A stretch of DNA of 64,000 nt from Pseudomonadota bacterium. Lineage in GTDB: Bacteria; Pseudomonadota; Gammaproteobacteria; JAKAQQ01. Made by a program: the position numbers and the translations under genes. The notes under the pieces are model-generated. The model had not been told where the DNA came from. It was given only the letters and a program-made list of their open reading frames with translations, and searched no databases. The stretch covers positions 35,220-99,219 of the forward strand of contig DAHVLZ010000005.1 in NCBI GenBank assembly GCA_027320085.1. Reading direction: 5' to 3'. Each line of letters starts with the position of its first letter. Position 1 is the first letter of the stretch. Positions 38,778 to 49,543 of the stretch are shown here, piece after piece.

Positions 38778-39968
38778 TCAGGCGTCCAGCCGCTCGATGG
38801 CCACGGCCGTGGCCTCGCCACCGCCGATGCACAACGAGGCAATGCCGCGGCGGCCCCCGTGGCGGATGAGGGCGTGGAGGAGGGTCACGACCAGGCGGGC
38901 TCCGCTGGCCCCGATCGGATGTCCCAGGGCGCACGCCCCGCCATGGACATTGACCCGGTCGGGCGAAAGCCCGAGTTCCTGGATGGCGGCGAGTGTGACC
39001 ACGGCAAAGGCCTCGTTGATTTCGAAAAGGTCCACGCTCGCGAGGGGCCAGCCGGTTTTTTCCAGAAGTGCGCGGATGGCGCCGATGGGAGCGGTCGTGA
39101 ACCATTCGGGTGCCTGCGCGTGACTGGCTGATGCGACCAGCCGGGCGAGCGGCGGGATTCCCCGGCGATCCGCCTCACCCGCCGTGGTGAGGAGGAGGGC
39201 GGCCGCCCCGTCCGAGATGGAAGACGAACTCGCGGCGGTCACGGTACCCTCCGGGCGGAAGGCCGGTTTCAGGGTGCCGATCCGGTCGAGGTCGATCCGG
39301 CCCGGGCCCTCGTCGACCGCAACCTCGACCGGCGCCTTGCGGGCCGGGACCGTGAGGGGAACGATCTCGCGGTCGAAGGCGCCCGCGGCCTGGGCGGCAC
39401 GGGCCCGTTCCACGGAACGGATCGCGAACGCGTCCTGCCGGGCGCGACCCAGGCCGTAGTGGTCGGCACAAAGTTCGGCGAAAGCGCCCATGACCTGGTG
39501 ATCGGCGGCATTCTCGAGGCCATCGTGGAGCATGTGGTCGATCAGGGTGCCGTGGCCCATGCGCTGACCGCTCCGTGCCTGGGCCAGGAGATAGGGGGCC
39601 CGGCTCATCGATTCCATGCCGCCGGCCATCACGATCCGGGCCTGTCCCGAGGCGAGGAGGGCATCGGCCAGCATGAGGCTCTTCATGCCGGATCCGCACA
39701 CCTTGTTTATGGTTGTGGCCCCCGTGCTTTCCGGCAGTCCGGCTTGGAGAACGGCCTGGCGGGCCGGGGCCTGTCCGACGCCGGCCGGGAGCACACAGCC
39801 CACCAGGGCCTCGTCCACGTGGGCTCCGATCCCGGGGGTGGATTCGGCGAGGGCACGGAGCACGGGGGCCAGGATTTCGGGGGCGGACAGCGGGGCCAGG
39901 CTGCCCAAAAACGAACCCAGGGGGCTCCTTCGGGCCTCGAGGATGACCCGGTCGCGGGCCTCGGTCAT
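38778..39968 (-). CDS. Acetyl-CoA C-acetyltransferase (thiolase II)
   Basis: Thiolase N- and C-terminal signatures ([15 protein letters not shown]). Start at [10 protein letters not shown]. Confidence 0.85.
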   Translation of the reverse strand: MTEARDRVILEARRSPLGSFLGSLAPLSAPEILAPVLRALAESTPGIGAHVDEALVGCVLPAGVGQAPARQAVLQAGLPESTGATTINKVCGSGMKSLMLADALLASGQARIVMAGGMESMSRAPYLLAQARSGQRMGHGTLIDHMLHDGLENAADHQVMGAFAELCADHYGLGRARQDAFAIRSVERARAAQAAGAFDREIVPLTVPARKAPVEVAVDEGPGRIDLDRIGTLKPAFRPEGTVTAASSSSISDGAAALLLTTAGEADRRGIPPLARLVASASHAQAPEWFTTAPIGAIRALLEKTGWPLASVDLFEINEAFAVVTLAAIQELGLSPDRVNVHGGACALGHPIGASGARLVVTLLHALIRHGGRRGIASLCIGGGEATAVAIERLDA

Positions 39969-41146
39969 GGAACGGCCTCCCTGGGGTTCTGGCACAGTTC
40001 GCGCCCGATCAGCATGCGCCGGATTTCATTGGTACCGGCCCCGATCTCGTACAACTTGGCATCGCGCAGAAGACGGCCGGCCGGGTATTCATTGATGTAT
40101 CCGTTGCCGCCGAGACACTGGATGGTATCCAGCGCGGAGCGGACGGCATTCTCGGCCACGAAGAGCAGGGTGGCGGCCGCATCCACGCGGCTCGGCCGGC
40201 CGGCATCGAAGGCGCGGGCCGTCTCGCGGCACAGGCTGCGGGCGGCGCTGAAGCGCATGTAGAGGTCGGCGATCTTGCTCTGGATGAGTTCGAACTCGGC
40301 AATCGACCGGCCGAACTGGCGGCGCTGGACGACGTAGGGCAGGACCGTGTCGAGGCAGGCGTGCAGGATGCCGAGCGGACCGCCCGAGAGTATCAGCCGT
40401 TCGGTATCGAGGCCTCCCATGAGGATGCGGACGCCCTCGTGGACCTCGCCCAAAACCTGGCCGGCCTCGAGTGCACAGTTTTCGAAGACCAGTTCGCACG
40501 TCCCGGATCCCCGCATGCCCAGCTTGTCGAGTTTCTGGGCGGTCGAGAAACCGGGTTGCCCGCGCTCGACCAGGAACGCGGTCAGGGAATGGGATCCCGC
40601 CTCCGCATAGGGACGGGTCCTCGCGTAGACGATGAACACGTCGGCCTCCGGTCCGTTCGTGATCCACATCTTGCTGCCCTGGAGAATCCACTTCGCCCCG
40701 TGCCGTTCCGCACGGCAGGCGATCGAGCCCACGACGTCCGAGCCGGCCCCGGATTCGGACATGGCCAAGGCTCCCACCTGGCGGCCCTGAAGGAGTCCCG
40801 GGAGATACCGGGCCTTCTGTTCGGGTGTGCCGTTCCGGGCCAGGTTATGGACGCAGAGGTTCGAGTGGGCGCCGTAGGACAGGCCGACCGAGGCCGAGGC
40901 GCGCGAGATCTCCTCCATCGCCACGAGATGGGCCTCGAAGCCGAGTCCGGCCCCCCCGTCCGCCGCCGGAACGGTGAGACCCAGAAGTCCCTGTTCGCCC
41001 ATCCGTTGCCAGAGGGTCCGCGGGAATCCCCCCTCCCGGTCGAAACGTCCGGCGTGGGGGGCAATTTCGGCCGCCGCGAATCGCGTCACCGACTCCCGGA
41101 GGAGTTCGAGATCGGAGGCTTCCGCGGAGTGTGGCGCCTGGGCCAT
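39965..41146 (-). CDS. liuA: Isovaleryl-CoA dehydrogenase (acyl-CoA dehydrogenase family)
   Basis: 393-aa ACAD fold with conserved C-terminal catalytic glutamate region (YEIGAGTNEIRRMLIGREL). Confidence 0.85.
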   Translation of the reverse strand: MAQAPHSAEASDLELLRESVTRFAAAEIAPHAGRFDREGGFPRTLWQRMGEQGLLGLTVPAADGGAGLGFEAHLVAMEEISRASASVGLSYGAHSNLCVHNLARNGTPEQKARYLPGLLQGRQVGALAMSESGAGSDVVGSIACRAERHGAKWILQGSKMWITNGPEADVFIVYARTRPYAEAGSHSLTAFLVERGQPGFSTAQKLDKLGMRGSGTCELVFENCALEAGQVLGEVHEGVRILMGGLDTERLILSGGPLGILHACLDTVLPYVVQRRQFGRSIAEFELIQSKIADLYMRFSAARSLCRETARAFDAGRPSRVDAAATLLFVAENAVRSALDTIQCLGGNGYINEYPAGRLLRDAKLYEIGAGTNEIRRMLIGRELCQNPREAVP

Positions 41147-41151
41147 CGGAG

Positions 41152-42258
41152 TCAGTGACCCGCAAGGCTCCGGTGGATGTTCCAGGGACGGCCCTCCTGG
41201 AGGTAGCGCAGGCGGGCCGGTCCCAGGGCAGCCAGGCGTTGCTCGGCGATCTTGTCGGCAGCCTGCCAGGTCGGCAGGCCCTGTTTCTCGGCAAAGGTGA
41301 AGATCCGGCGGATGATGTCGTAGATGGCCACAACCCGGCGATCCGCGAGCTCGCGGTGGTATCCCTCGATTTCGAGGGCGACATTGATGAGTCCGCCTGC
41401 GTTGAGTGCGTAATCCGGCGTGTAGAGGATGCCGCGCCGGTCGAGTTCACTGCCGCACTCGGGGGTTGCGAGCTGGTTGTTGGCGCTGCCACCCACGATC
41501 CGGCACTTGAGGCGGGGCAGGGTTTCCGGGTTGATGGAACTGCCGAGCGCGCAGGGGGCGAAGACATCCACCTTGAGATCGTAGATGTCGTTGCCGGAGA
41601 CTGCCTCGCACCCGAGTGTCTGGACCGCCCGCTGGACACGGTCTTTGTCGATGTCGGTCACGAAAACCTTGGCCTTTTCCTGGCGGAGGAGACGGGCCAG
41701 GTGGAAGCCGACATTCCCCACGCCCTCGATGGCGAAGCTGCGTTTCGCAAAGTCCGCCTGGCCGAAGGTCTTCTCGAGTGCGGCCCGGAGTCCGTGGAAA
41801 ACCCCCTGGGCAGTATAGGGGGAGGGGTCGCCGCTGCCGCCGTGTTCGGGATGGATGCCCACCGCATAACCGGTTTCCTGGTAGATGAACTCGATGTCAT
41901 CGACATTCGTGTTGACGTCCTCGGCGGTGATGTAACGTCCCCCCAGTCCCTGGAGATAGCGGCCGAAACTCCGGAACAGGGCCTCGCTCTTGATCGCGGG
42001 GCTGCCGATGATGACCGATTTGCCGCCGCCGAGGTTGAGGCCGGAGATCGCGGCCTTGTAGGTCATCCCGCGCGACAGGCGCAGGACATCGGTCAGGGCT
42101 TCGTCCTCGCTGGCATAGGGCCAGAGCCGGAGTCCGCCGAGCGCCGGGCCGAGCTGGGTGTTGTGGATCGCGATGATCGCCTTGAGGCCCACAGAGGCGT
42201 CATGCACGAAGACCACTTCTTCATGGTTCGAGAAAAACGGGTTGGAAAATACAGCCAT
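41152..42258 (-). CDS. Leucine dehydrogenase (Glu/Leu/Phe/Val dehydrogenase family)
   Basis: 368 aa from MAVFSNPFFSNHEEV, with GGGK catalytic lysine motif (NLGGGKSVI) and Rossmann GVGNVG. Confidence 0.85.
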   Translation of the reverse strand: MAVFSNPFFSNHEEVVFVHDASVGLKAIIAIHNTQLGPALGGLRLWPYASEDEALTDVLRLSRGMTYKAAISGLNLGGGKSVIIGSPAIKSEALFRSFGRYLQGLGGRYITAEDVNTNVDDIEFIYQETGYAVGIHPEHGGSGDPSPYTAQGVFHGLRAALEKTFGQADFAKRSFAIEGVGNVGFHLARLLRQEKAKVFVTDIDKDRVQRAVQTLGCEAVSGNDIYDLKVDVFAPCALGSSINPETLPRLKCRIVGGSANNQLATPECGSELDRRGILYTPDYALNAGGLINVALEIEGYHRELADRRVVAIYDIIRRIFTFAEKQGLPTWQAADKIAEQRLAALGPARLRYLQEGRPWNIHRSLAGH

Positions 42259-42599
42259 TCTGGATGCTCCGGCAGGGGGGACCCGGCAGACGGTGGGGCG
42301 GCCTCGCCCCGCGTGAACCGTGTTTTCCGTCAGCCACACAAGACCCCCATTATAAACCGGTCCCCTTCCCCTCATCGGCCACCGGTCGTGTCCCTGACCC
42401 CGGGGACGCGGGCAAGTCTGTGGCACTCCAACCCGCCCAGGCGGGTGAGCGACTGCTGAACCTCCCCACGGCTCGGGCCATCTCGGGCCATGGGGAATAG
42501 CCCCTTCTGGGCAGTGGCGCTTTCATTCCATCCCCTGGGAGGATGGATATCCCCGCGCCGTTCTATAATCCCAAGAATGAGTGACCGAAAGAGGCCCAC

Positions 42600-45500
42600 T
42601 TGATGAGCCGACCGCTGGTGCTGGAGCCCCAGGCCGCCCGCCACCGCCCGTTGCGGTTCGTCACCGCGACCTCGCTGTTCGACGGCCATGATGCGGCCAT
42701 CAACCTGATCCGTCGCCTGCTCATCGCCCAGGGAGCCGAGGTGATCCACCTGGGTCATAACCGTTCGGTGGGAGAGCTTGTCCGGACGGCGCTTTGCGAG
42801 GATGCCCAGGCCATCGCCGTGAGTTCCTACCAGGGCGGTCACATCGAGTATTTCCGGTATCTGGTCGACGAGCTCGCCCGGCAGGGGGCGGCCGACATCG
42901 CGCTCATCGTGGGGGGGGGCGGTACGATTGCCCCCGACGAGGTGGAGACGCTCGAAGCCTACGGGATCGAGAAGATCTACCGGCCGGAAGACGGCCAGAA
43001 GCTCGGGCTCGAAGGCATGGCGGCCGACATCCTGGCCCGGGTCGGTGCCCGGGCCCGCCCGCCCGCCCCCCCGGTTCCGGAACGGACCCGGGAGTGGCGG
43101 CGTCTGGCACAGACCGTGAGCTGGATCGCGGCCCGGCCGGAGCGATCCGCCCGCGAGGCCTTTTTCCGGTCCTTGCCCGTCCCCCGGCATCCGGCACCCG
43201 TGATTGGACTGACCGGCAGCGGGGGGGCGGGCAAGAGCAGTCTCACGGACGAGCTGGTCCGCCGTTTCCTGGCCTCCTTCCCCGCGCTCGAACTGGCCAT
43301 CGTCGCCGTCGATCCCACCCGCAGCCGGACCGGGGGCGCGCTTTTGGGTGACCGGATCCGCATGAACAGCCTCGCCGTCGACCGGGTCTTCATGCGCTCG
43401 CTCGCGACCGGGGATTTCGCGGGGCCCCTCCACGCCGAGCTCGGCGAGATCGTGCGCTACCTCCGGGCCGAGGGGTTCGGGCTCATTCTGGTGGAGACGG
43501 CGGGGAGCGGTCAGGGGGATACCGCGATCCGGGAATTGGTCGATCTCAGCCTCTATGTCATGACGGCCGAATACGGCGGTCCGCTCCAGCTCGAGAAGCT
43601 CGGGATGCTCGATTACGCCGATTTCGTGGTCCTGAACAAGTTCGAGAAACGGGGCGGGGAAGACGCGCTGCGCGATATCCGCAAGCAGTGGCGCCGCAAC
43701 CGGGCCGAGTTCAAGCAGTCCGATGAGGCACTCCCGGTCATTCCCACGATCGCAAGCCAGTTCCAGCACTCGGGTGTCGACCGGCTGTTTGACGGACTGT
43801 GCCGGGCGTTGGCCGAACGGGATCCGCGCGGGGCGGCCCGCTGGCGGCCGTCGATCCCGCCCGCCGAGGAACCCCCCGTCCGCCATGTTCTGATCGGCCA
43901 GTCGCGCGAGCGCTACCTGGCCGAGATCGCCGAGACCATCCGGTCGCGGCGCCAGCGCGACGAGGCCGCGTGCCGCGCGGCCTCCGAGGCGCAGAGCCTC
44001 CACGAGAGCCTGGCCCTCCTCGAAGGGGAAGCCGGTCTGGCGCCGTTCGAGCGCTATCCCGCCTCCTCATTGGAAGGAGAAGATGACCGCAGCCGGTTGC
44101 GCCGGGCCTATCATGACGCCCTCGACCGGGTGGGCGAGGGCGGGATCCGTCTGCTTCAGGACTGGCCCGGACGGGCCCAGGCCGCCCAGGCCGACGAGTA
44201 CGCCTACCGGGTGCGTGACCGCTGGGTGCGCGGGGCCAACTTCAGCGAGACCTTGTCCGGACTCCGGGTGCCCAAGATCGCCGTGCCCCGCTACCAGGGG
44301 TGGGGAGACCTCCTGCGTTTTCTCCTGAACGAGAACCTGCCGGGTGATTACCCGTACACGGCCGGCGTCTACCCGTACCGGCGCACGGCCGAGGATCCGA
44401 CCCGGATGTTTGCCGGTGAGGGCACCCCGGAACGCACCAACCGCCGTTTCCACTATCTCGCCCGGGGCCAGTCCGCAACCCGCCTGTCCACCGCGTTTGA
44501 TTCCGTCACGCTCTATGGCGAGGACCCCGATCCCCGCCCGGACATCTACGGCCGGATCGGCAACTCCGGGGTGTCGATCGCGACCCTGGACGACATGAAA
44601 AAGCTCTATTCCGGCTTCGACCTCACCGCGCCCGGAACCTCGGTCTCGATGACGATCAACGGGCCGGCGCCGATTCTCCTGGCCTTCTTCTTCAACGCCG
44701 CCATCGACCAGGCGGTCGAACGGCATCTTCTGGCCACGGGGGCCTTGGAGGCGGCCCGGGCCCGCCTCCGCGAGCGGGTGGGCGGCACCCTCCCGGCCTA
44801 CGCCGGAGTGCTGCCGGAGGGACACTCGGGAGCGGGGCTCGCCCTCCTCGGGGTGAGCGGGGATCAGCTCGTCGATCCCGGAACCTACGCGCGCATCCGG
44901 GAAGAGACCCTGCGGCAGGTCCGGGGGACGGTCCAGGCCGATATCCTGAAGGAGGATCAGGCCCAGAACACCTGCATCTTCTCGGTGGAGTTCGCCCTCA
45001 AGCTCATGGGGGATGTGGCCGCCTACTTCGTGGCCCACGACATCCGGAACTTCTACAGCGTTTCGGTGAGCGGCTACCACATCGCCGAGGCCGGCGCCAA
45101 TCCCATCACCCAGCTGGCCTTCACCCTGGCCAATGGCTTCACGCTGGTCGAGTACTATCTCGCCCGCGGGCTTGCCATCGACGATTTCGCCCCCAACCTG
45201 AGCTTCTTCTTCTCGAACGGCATGGATGCCGAGTATGCGGTCATCGGACGCGTGGCCCGTCGCATCTGGGCCCGGGCCCTCAGGGAGCGTTACGGGGCAC
45301 AGCCGCGCAGCCAGATGCTCAAATACCACATCCAGACCTCCGGGCGCAGCCTGCACGCGCGCGAGATCCAGTTCAATGACATCCGGACCACCCTCCAGGC
45401 GCTCTATGCCCTCTACGACAACTGTCAGAGCCTGCATACCAACGCCTACGACGAGGCCCTGACCACGCCGACCGAGGAATCGGTTCGCCGGGCCATGGCG

Positions 45501-46025
45501 ATCCAGCTCATCATCAACCGCGAGCTCGGCCTCCAGAAAAACGAAAATCCCCTGCAGGGATCGTTCGTGATCGAGGCCCTGACCGATCTGGTCGAGGAGG
45601 CGGTTCTGGCCGAGTTCGACCGCCTGTCGGAACGGGGGGGTGTGCTCGGGGCCATGGAGACCATGTACCAGCGCAACAAGATCCAGGAAGAAAGCCTGCT
45701 CTACGAACGCCTGAAGCACGAGGGGCGCCTGCCGATCGTCGGGGTCAACTGTTTCGAACCCGAGCGCGGAGGCCACGAACCGGAGTCCCCCCCGGCCCTC
45801 ATCCGTTCCACCGAAGCCGAAAAGCAGCAGCAGCTCGCCGCGCTCACCCGGTTCCACGAGATTCAGGCCGAACGCCGGGGACAGGCCCTGGCCGGACTCC
45901 GGGAGGCCGGGCGGCGGGACGAGAACCTGTTTGCCGCGCTCATGGAGGCCGCCCGGTCCTGTTCGCTGGGCGAGATGACGGGCGAGCTCTATGCTTTGGG
46001 TGGCCAGTACCGGAGAACCCTCTGA
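42600..46025 (+). CDS. icmF: Fused isobutyryl-CoA mutase IcmF (B12-binding domain + MeaB-like G-protein + mutase TIM-barrel)
   Basis: 1141 aa. N-terminal B12-binding Rossmann (DGHD motif SLFDGHDAA), central P-loop GLTGSGGAGKSSL, and a C-terminal methylmalonyl-CoA-mutase-like barrel. Confidence 0.85.
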   Translation: MMSRPLVLEPQAARHRPLRFVTATSLFDGHDAAINLIRRLLIAQGAEVIHLGHNRSVGELVRTALCEDAQAIAVSSYQGGHIEYFRYLVDELARQGAADIALIVGGGGTIAPDEVETLEAYGIEKIYRPEDGQKLGLEGMAADILARVGARARPPAPPVPERTREWRRLAQTVSWIAARPERSAREAFFRSLPVPRHPAPVIGLTGSGGAGKSSLTDELVRRFLASFPALELAIVAVDPTRSRTGGALLGDRIRMNSLAVDRVFMRSLATGDFAGPLHAELGEIVRYLRAEGFGLILVETAGSGQGDTAIRELVDLSLYVMTAEYGGPLQLEKLGMLDYADFVVLNKFEKRGGEDALRDIRKQWRRNRAEFKQSDEALPVIPTIASQFQHSGVDRLFDGLCRALAERDPRGAARWRPSIPPAEEPPVRHVLIGQSRERYLAEIAETIRSRRQRDEAACRAASEAQSLHESLALLEGEAGLAPFERYPASSLEGEDDRSRLRRAYHDALDRVGEGGIRLLQDWPGRAQAAQADEYAYRVRDRWVRGANFSETLSGLRVPKIAVPRYQGWGDLLRFLLNENLPGDYPYTAGVYPYRRTAEDPTRMFAGEGTPERTNRRFHYLARGQSATRLSTAFDSVTLYGEDPDPRPDIYGRIGNSGVSIATLDDMKKLYSGFDLTAPGTSVSMTINGPAPILLAFFFNAAIDQAVERHLLATGALEAARARLRERVGGTLPAYAGVLPEGHSGAGLALLGVSGDQLVDPGTYARIREETLRQVRGTVQADILKEDQAQNTCIFSVEFALKLMGDVAAYFVAHDIRNFYSVSVSGYHIAEAGANPITQLAFTLANGFTLVEYYLARGLAIDDFAPNLSFFFSNGMDAEYAVIGRVARRIWARALRERYGAQPRSQMLKYHIQTSGRSLHAREIQFNDIRTTLQALYALYDNCQSLHTNAYDEALTTPTEESVRRAMAIQLIINRELGLQKNENPLQGSFVIEALTDLVEEAVLAEFDRLSERGGVLGAMETMYQRNKIQEESLLYERLKHEGRLPIVGVNCFEPERGGHEPESPPALIRSTEAEKQQQLAALTRFHEIQAERRGQALAGLREAGRRDENLFAALMEAARSCSLGEMTGELYALGGQYRRTL

Positions 46026-46033
46026 CCCGTCCC

Positions 46034-46954
46034 ATGGACCGTCCACCGCCCGGAGCCGCCGATCCCGCCCCGCCCCACCTCGAGGCCTTTCTCGACCACC
46101 TGGTCGTGGCCGGCGGTCTCGCGCCGAACACGGTTGCCGCCTATGGAAGCGATCTCAGGCGCTTCGCGCGCTGGTGGGGCGAGACCGGGGGGCGGCGATT
46201 TCCGCCCGGGCGCGCGGATCTTTTGGCCTATCTCGAGTCCTGCCAGCAGGATCGGCTGGGACCGGCCAGCCGCGCCCGCCTCTTGTCCGGGCTCAGGCGC
46301 TATTTCCGTTTTCTCGCATCCGAACGCCTGATCCCCGCCGATCCCACGGTCGAGATCGCCTCGCCCCGCCTGGGCCGGCGGCTGCCCCGCGTGCTCACGG
46401 AAGCCGAGGTCGTCCGGCTTCTCGAGACGCCTGACGTCTCGACTCCCGCCGGACTGCGCGACCGGACCCTCCTCGAGGTGCTCTACGCCACGGGACTCAG
46501 GGTCTCCGAACTGGTTCATCTCCGGGTGGAGTCGGTCAACCTGAGGCAGGGGACCGTTCGCGTGACCGGCAAGGGCGGACGGGAGCGCATCGTCCCCCTG
46601 GGGGAGGTGGCCCTCGACTGGCTCGAGCGCTACCAGGCCCGGGGACGTCCCCACCTCGTGCCGAGCGGACGGGAAACCGGTGTCCTGTTCCCGGGTCGGG
46701 GCGGCCGTCCGCTCACCCGCCAGGCGTTCTGGCTCTCGGTCCGGCGCTATGCGCTCCGTGCGGGGCTCTCGTCAGTCCCCACCCCGCACGTCTTGCGGCA
46801 TGCCTTTGCCACCCATCTCGTGAACCGGGGGGCGGACCTGCGCGTGGTCCAGCTGCTTTTGGGACATCAGGATCTCGCGACCACCGAGATCTATACCCAC
46901 GTGGCGCGGGAGGCGCTCAAAAACCTCCACCGCACCCACCACCCGCGGGGTTAG
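46034..46954 (+). CDS. xerD: Tyrosine site-specific recombinase XerD (or XerC)
   Basis: 306 aa with catalytic R..HxxR..Y ([37 protein letters not shown]). Confidence 0.85.
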   Translation: MDRPPPGAADPAPPHLEAFLDHLVVAGGLAPNTVAAYGSDLRRFARWWGETGGRRFPPGRADLLAYLESCQQDRLGPASRARLLSGLRRYFRFLASERLIPADPTVEIASPRLGRRLPRVLTEAEVVRLLETPDVSTPAGLRDRTLLEVLYATGLRVSELVHLRVESVNLRQGTVRVTGKGGRERIVPLGEVALDWLERYQARGRPHLVPSGRETGVLFPGRGGRPLTRQAFWLSVRRYALRAGLSSVPTPHVLRHAFATHLVNRGADLRVVQLLLGHQDLATTEIYTHVAREALKNLHRTHHPRG

Positions 46955-47274
46955 CGTTCGAGCAGTTTGAGCTTGTCGGGGATCCCGTCCCATTCCTTGG
47001 CGTCCGGCGGGGCGGCTTTCTTGCGGGTCAAGGTCGGCCAGAGCTTGGCCAGTTCGGCGTTGATGCGGAGAAAGGTCCGCTGGTCCTCGGGGAGGTCATC
47101 CTCGGCAAAGATGGCCTTGGCGGGACATTCGGATTCACAGAGCGTGCAGTCGATGCACTCGTCCGGATCGATGGCCAGGAAATTCGGACCTTCGTGGAAA
47201 CAGTCGACCGGGCAGACCTCGACGCAGTCCGTGTACTTGCACTTGATGCAGTTCTCGGTGACGACGAAGGTCAT
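46951..47274 (-). CDS. fdxA: 7Fe ferredoxin FdxA (3Fe-4S + 4Fe-4S)
   Basis: 107 aa, [26 protein letters not shown]...[12 protein letters not shown]. Its stop codon overlaps the xerD stop on the opposite strand. Confidence 0.85.
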   Translation of the reverse strand: MTFVVTENCIKCKYTDCVEVCPVDCFHEGPNFLAIDPDECIDCTLCESECPAKAIFAEDDLPEDQRTFLRINAELAKLWPTLTRKKAAPPDAKEWDGIPDKLKLLER

Positions 47275-47861
47275 GGAGAAGCTCCGGATTCCGGGAGGCT
47301 GTATTTTGCCACAGGCTGAAGGGCCCGTTCGATCCTGAGATCGTGGATCCGGAACGGAAAGCCGGACCCCCGGCGGCGCTCTTGCCAGTAGTATTCGAGG
47401 GCAAGCCGTACGCTCGGGAAGGCGACCTCGGGCCAGGGCAGGTCGTCTTCGCCGAAGGCGGCCACCTCGAGCGTTTCGTGCCCCGGATGTTCCGGCCAGG
47501 CCAGAAGCCGGCTCCGGTAGAAAAGATGCATCTGGTGGATGCGGGGCAGGTTGATCAGGATCAAGGGATCGCCCACGGCCACGGCGGCGCCGATCTCCTC
47601 GGTGCTTTCCCGCCCGGCACCCTCGGTCGAGGTCTCCCCGTTTTCGAGAAAACCCGCCGGGAGTGTCCAGAGGCCGCGCCGGGGTTCGATGGCCCGCCGG
47701 CAGAGGATGATCCGGTCGTTCCATTCCGGGACCGAGCCCACGATCATGCGGGGATTTTCGTAGAAGATCTCGCCACAGCGGTTGCAGAGGTCGCGGGGAC
47801 GGTTGTCGCCGGGTGGAATCCGCCGCTCGAGGGGGCCGCCGCAGTTTGGACAGTACTTCAT
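47271..47861 (-). CDS. NUDIX hydrolase with N-terminal zinc ribbon
   Basis: Begins [12 protein letters not shown]...CNRCGE. The Nudix box [29 protein letters not shown] is present. 4-bp overlap with fdxA. Confidence 0.75.
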   Translation of the reverse strand: MKYCPNCGGPLERRIPPGDNRPRDLCNRCGEIFYENPRMIVGSVPEWNDRIILCRRAIEPRRGLWTLPAGFLENGETSTEGAGRESTEEIGAAVAVGDPLILINLPRIHQMHLFYRSRLLAWPEHPGHETLEVAAFGEDDLPWPEVAFPSVRLALEYYWQERRRGSGFPFRIHDLRIERALQPVAKYSLPESGASP

Positions 47862-47922
47862 GGAATCTCACTCCCCAATCCGCTAGTCTATTTTCTCATA
47901 CCTCGGGGAGGATGAACCGGCG

Positions 47923-48951
47923 ATGTCCGTGATGCGTGCGCAGGTCTTGGAGACCGCGGGGTCTCCCCTGGTCTCAAGACAGCGGCCGATACCGGCCCCC
48001 GGCCCGGGGCAGGTTTTGATCGACGTCGCGGCCTGCGGGGTCTGCCGGACCGACCTCCATCTCCGGGATGCCGAACTGCCCGCCATCTCCTATCCTGTGA
48101 TCCCCGGTCACGAGATCGTGGGCCGCATCCGCTCGTGTGGATCCGGTGTCCGGGACTTCGAGGTGGGAGCGCGGGTGGGGGTGGCCTGGCTGGGCTCCAC
48201 CTGCGGGCAATGCGAGGCCTGCCGGGCCGGATCCGAGAACCTCTGTTCCCGGGCGCGCTTTACGGGCTACCAGATCGACGGCGGCTATGCCACCCAGACG
48301 GTGGCAGACGCCCGTTATGTCTACCCCTTGCCTCCCGGTTACAGCGATGCCGAGGCCGCACCGCTCCTCTGTGCCGGTCTGATCGGTTTTCGCTGCCTCG
48401 GTTTCTGCGGACCCGCACGCCGGCTTGGCCTCTACGGTTTCGGAGCCGCCGCCCACCTCGTGATCCAGCTGGCCCGGTTCGAGGGGCGGACGGTTTATGC
48501 CTTCACCCGGCCAGACGACCGCTCCGGCCAGGAGTTCGCCCGCTCGCTCGGGGCCGCCTGGGCCGGCGGATCGGATGAGTCCCCGCCCACCCCGCTCGAT
48601 GCCGCGATCCTGTTCGCTCCGGTGGGCGCCCTGGTTCCACGGGCACTCGCGGCCGTGCGCCCCGGCGGGATCGTGGTTCTGGGCGGCATCCACATGAGCG
48701 ACCTCCCGGGTTTCCCCTACGCGCTGATCTGGGGGGAACGCCGTCTGCAGAGCGTGGCCCACCTGACCCGCGCCGATGCCCGCGCGTTTCTCACCCGGGC
48801 ACCCGAGGTCCCGGTCCGGACCCGGGTTCAGACCTATCCCCTGGAGGACGCCAACCGGGCACTCGAGGATCTGCGTTCAGGCCGCATCCGGGGCGCCGCG
48901 GTCCTCGTGATGCCCACGGCCGGCAATGGGACGGCCGAACCGGTATCCTGA
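47923..48951 (+). CDS. Zinc-dependent medium-chain alcohol dehydrogenase
   Basis: GHEIVGRI and the structural-zinc Cys cluster CGQCEACRAGSENLC. Rossmann GFGAAAHL. Confidence 0.8.
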   Translation: MSVMRAQVLETAGSPLVSRQRPIPAPGPGQVLIDVAACGVCRTDLHLRDAELPAISYPVIPGHEIVGRIRSCGSGVRDFEVGARVGVAWLGSTCGQCEACRAGSENLCSRARFTGYQIDGGYATQTVADARYVYPLPPGYSDAEAAPLLCAGLIGFRCLGFCGPARRLGLYGFGAAAHLVIQLARFEGRTVYAFTRPDDRSGQEFARSLGAAWAGGSDESPPTPLDAAILFAPVGALVPRALAAVRPGGIVVLGGIHMSDLPGFPYALIWGERRLQSVAHLTRADARAFLTRAPEVPVRTRVQTYPLEDANRALEDLRSGRIRGAAVLVMPTAGNGTAEPVS

Positions 48952-48955
48952 TTCC

Positions 48956-49543
48956 ATGAGTGCTCACAGGCTCCCGCCCCCGGATCATTACGTGCTCGAG
49001 ATCGCCGGCGTCCGGCGTCACCTGCCGGTGGTGGCGGTGGACGGAGGACTTGCGATCGCCGTCCTCAACATCCTCGGGGATACCGAACTCGTCGAGGCCG
49101 CAGCCCGGGAACTCGCCCGGCGCCTGGAGCCGCGAAACTACGAGGTGCTCCTCACGGCCGAGGCGAAAAGCATTCCGATCGCCCATGCCCTCTCGGTCAC
49201 CTCCGGCCGGCCCTACATCGTCCTGCGCAAGACCTACAAGTCCTACATGGGCGAGGCCCTGCGCGTGACCACCCATTCCATCACGACCGGCCATGAACAG
49301 GTGCTCTACCTCGACGCCAAGGACCGGAAGCTCCTGTCCGGACGGGCGGTCGTTCTCCTGGATGATGTGATCAGCACCGGATCGACCCTGGACGGATTGC
49401 GTGCCATCGCCCGGGAGGCGCACGCCCGGGTCGTGGCCGAGGCGGCGATCGCCACCGAAGGGGAGGCCGGGCGCTGGGGCGGGATCATCGCGCTCGCGCA
49501 CCTGCCCCTCTTCGCGGCCCCGCTCCCGCCGCCCTCCGCGTAG
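48956..49543 (+). CDS. Phosphoribosyltransferase-fold protein (purine/adenine PRTase-like)
   Basis: The PRPP-binding motif VVLLDDVISTGSTL is present. Start taken at MSAHRL. Confidence 0.65.
   Translation: MSAHRLPPPDHYVLEIAGVRRHLPVVAVDGGLAIAVLNILGDTELVEAAARELARRLEPRNYEVLLTAEAKSIPIAHALSVTSGRPYIVLRKTYKSYMGEALRVTTHSITTGHEQVLYLDAKDRKLLSGRAVVLLDDVISTGSTLDGLRAIAREAHARVVAEAAIATEGEAGRWGGIIALAHLPLFAAPLPPPSA

Noticed and set aside
31887-39123. Series of very long plus-strand ORFs (31887..34766, 34664..37282, 37177..39123) across the liu cluster
   Set aside because: All are antisense to well-conserved catabolic genes and translate to low-complexity G/R/P/A-rich sequence.
44067-46046. 659-aa minus-strand ORF antisense to icmF
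   Set aside because: Antisense to icmF. No motifs.
46951-47871. 306-aa minus ORF merging fdxA with upstream sequence
   Set aside because: Over-extension. The real products are the 107-aa ferredoxin (46951..47274) and a separate NUDIX gene in another frame (47271..47861).
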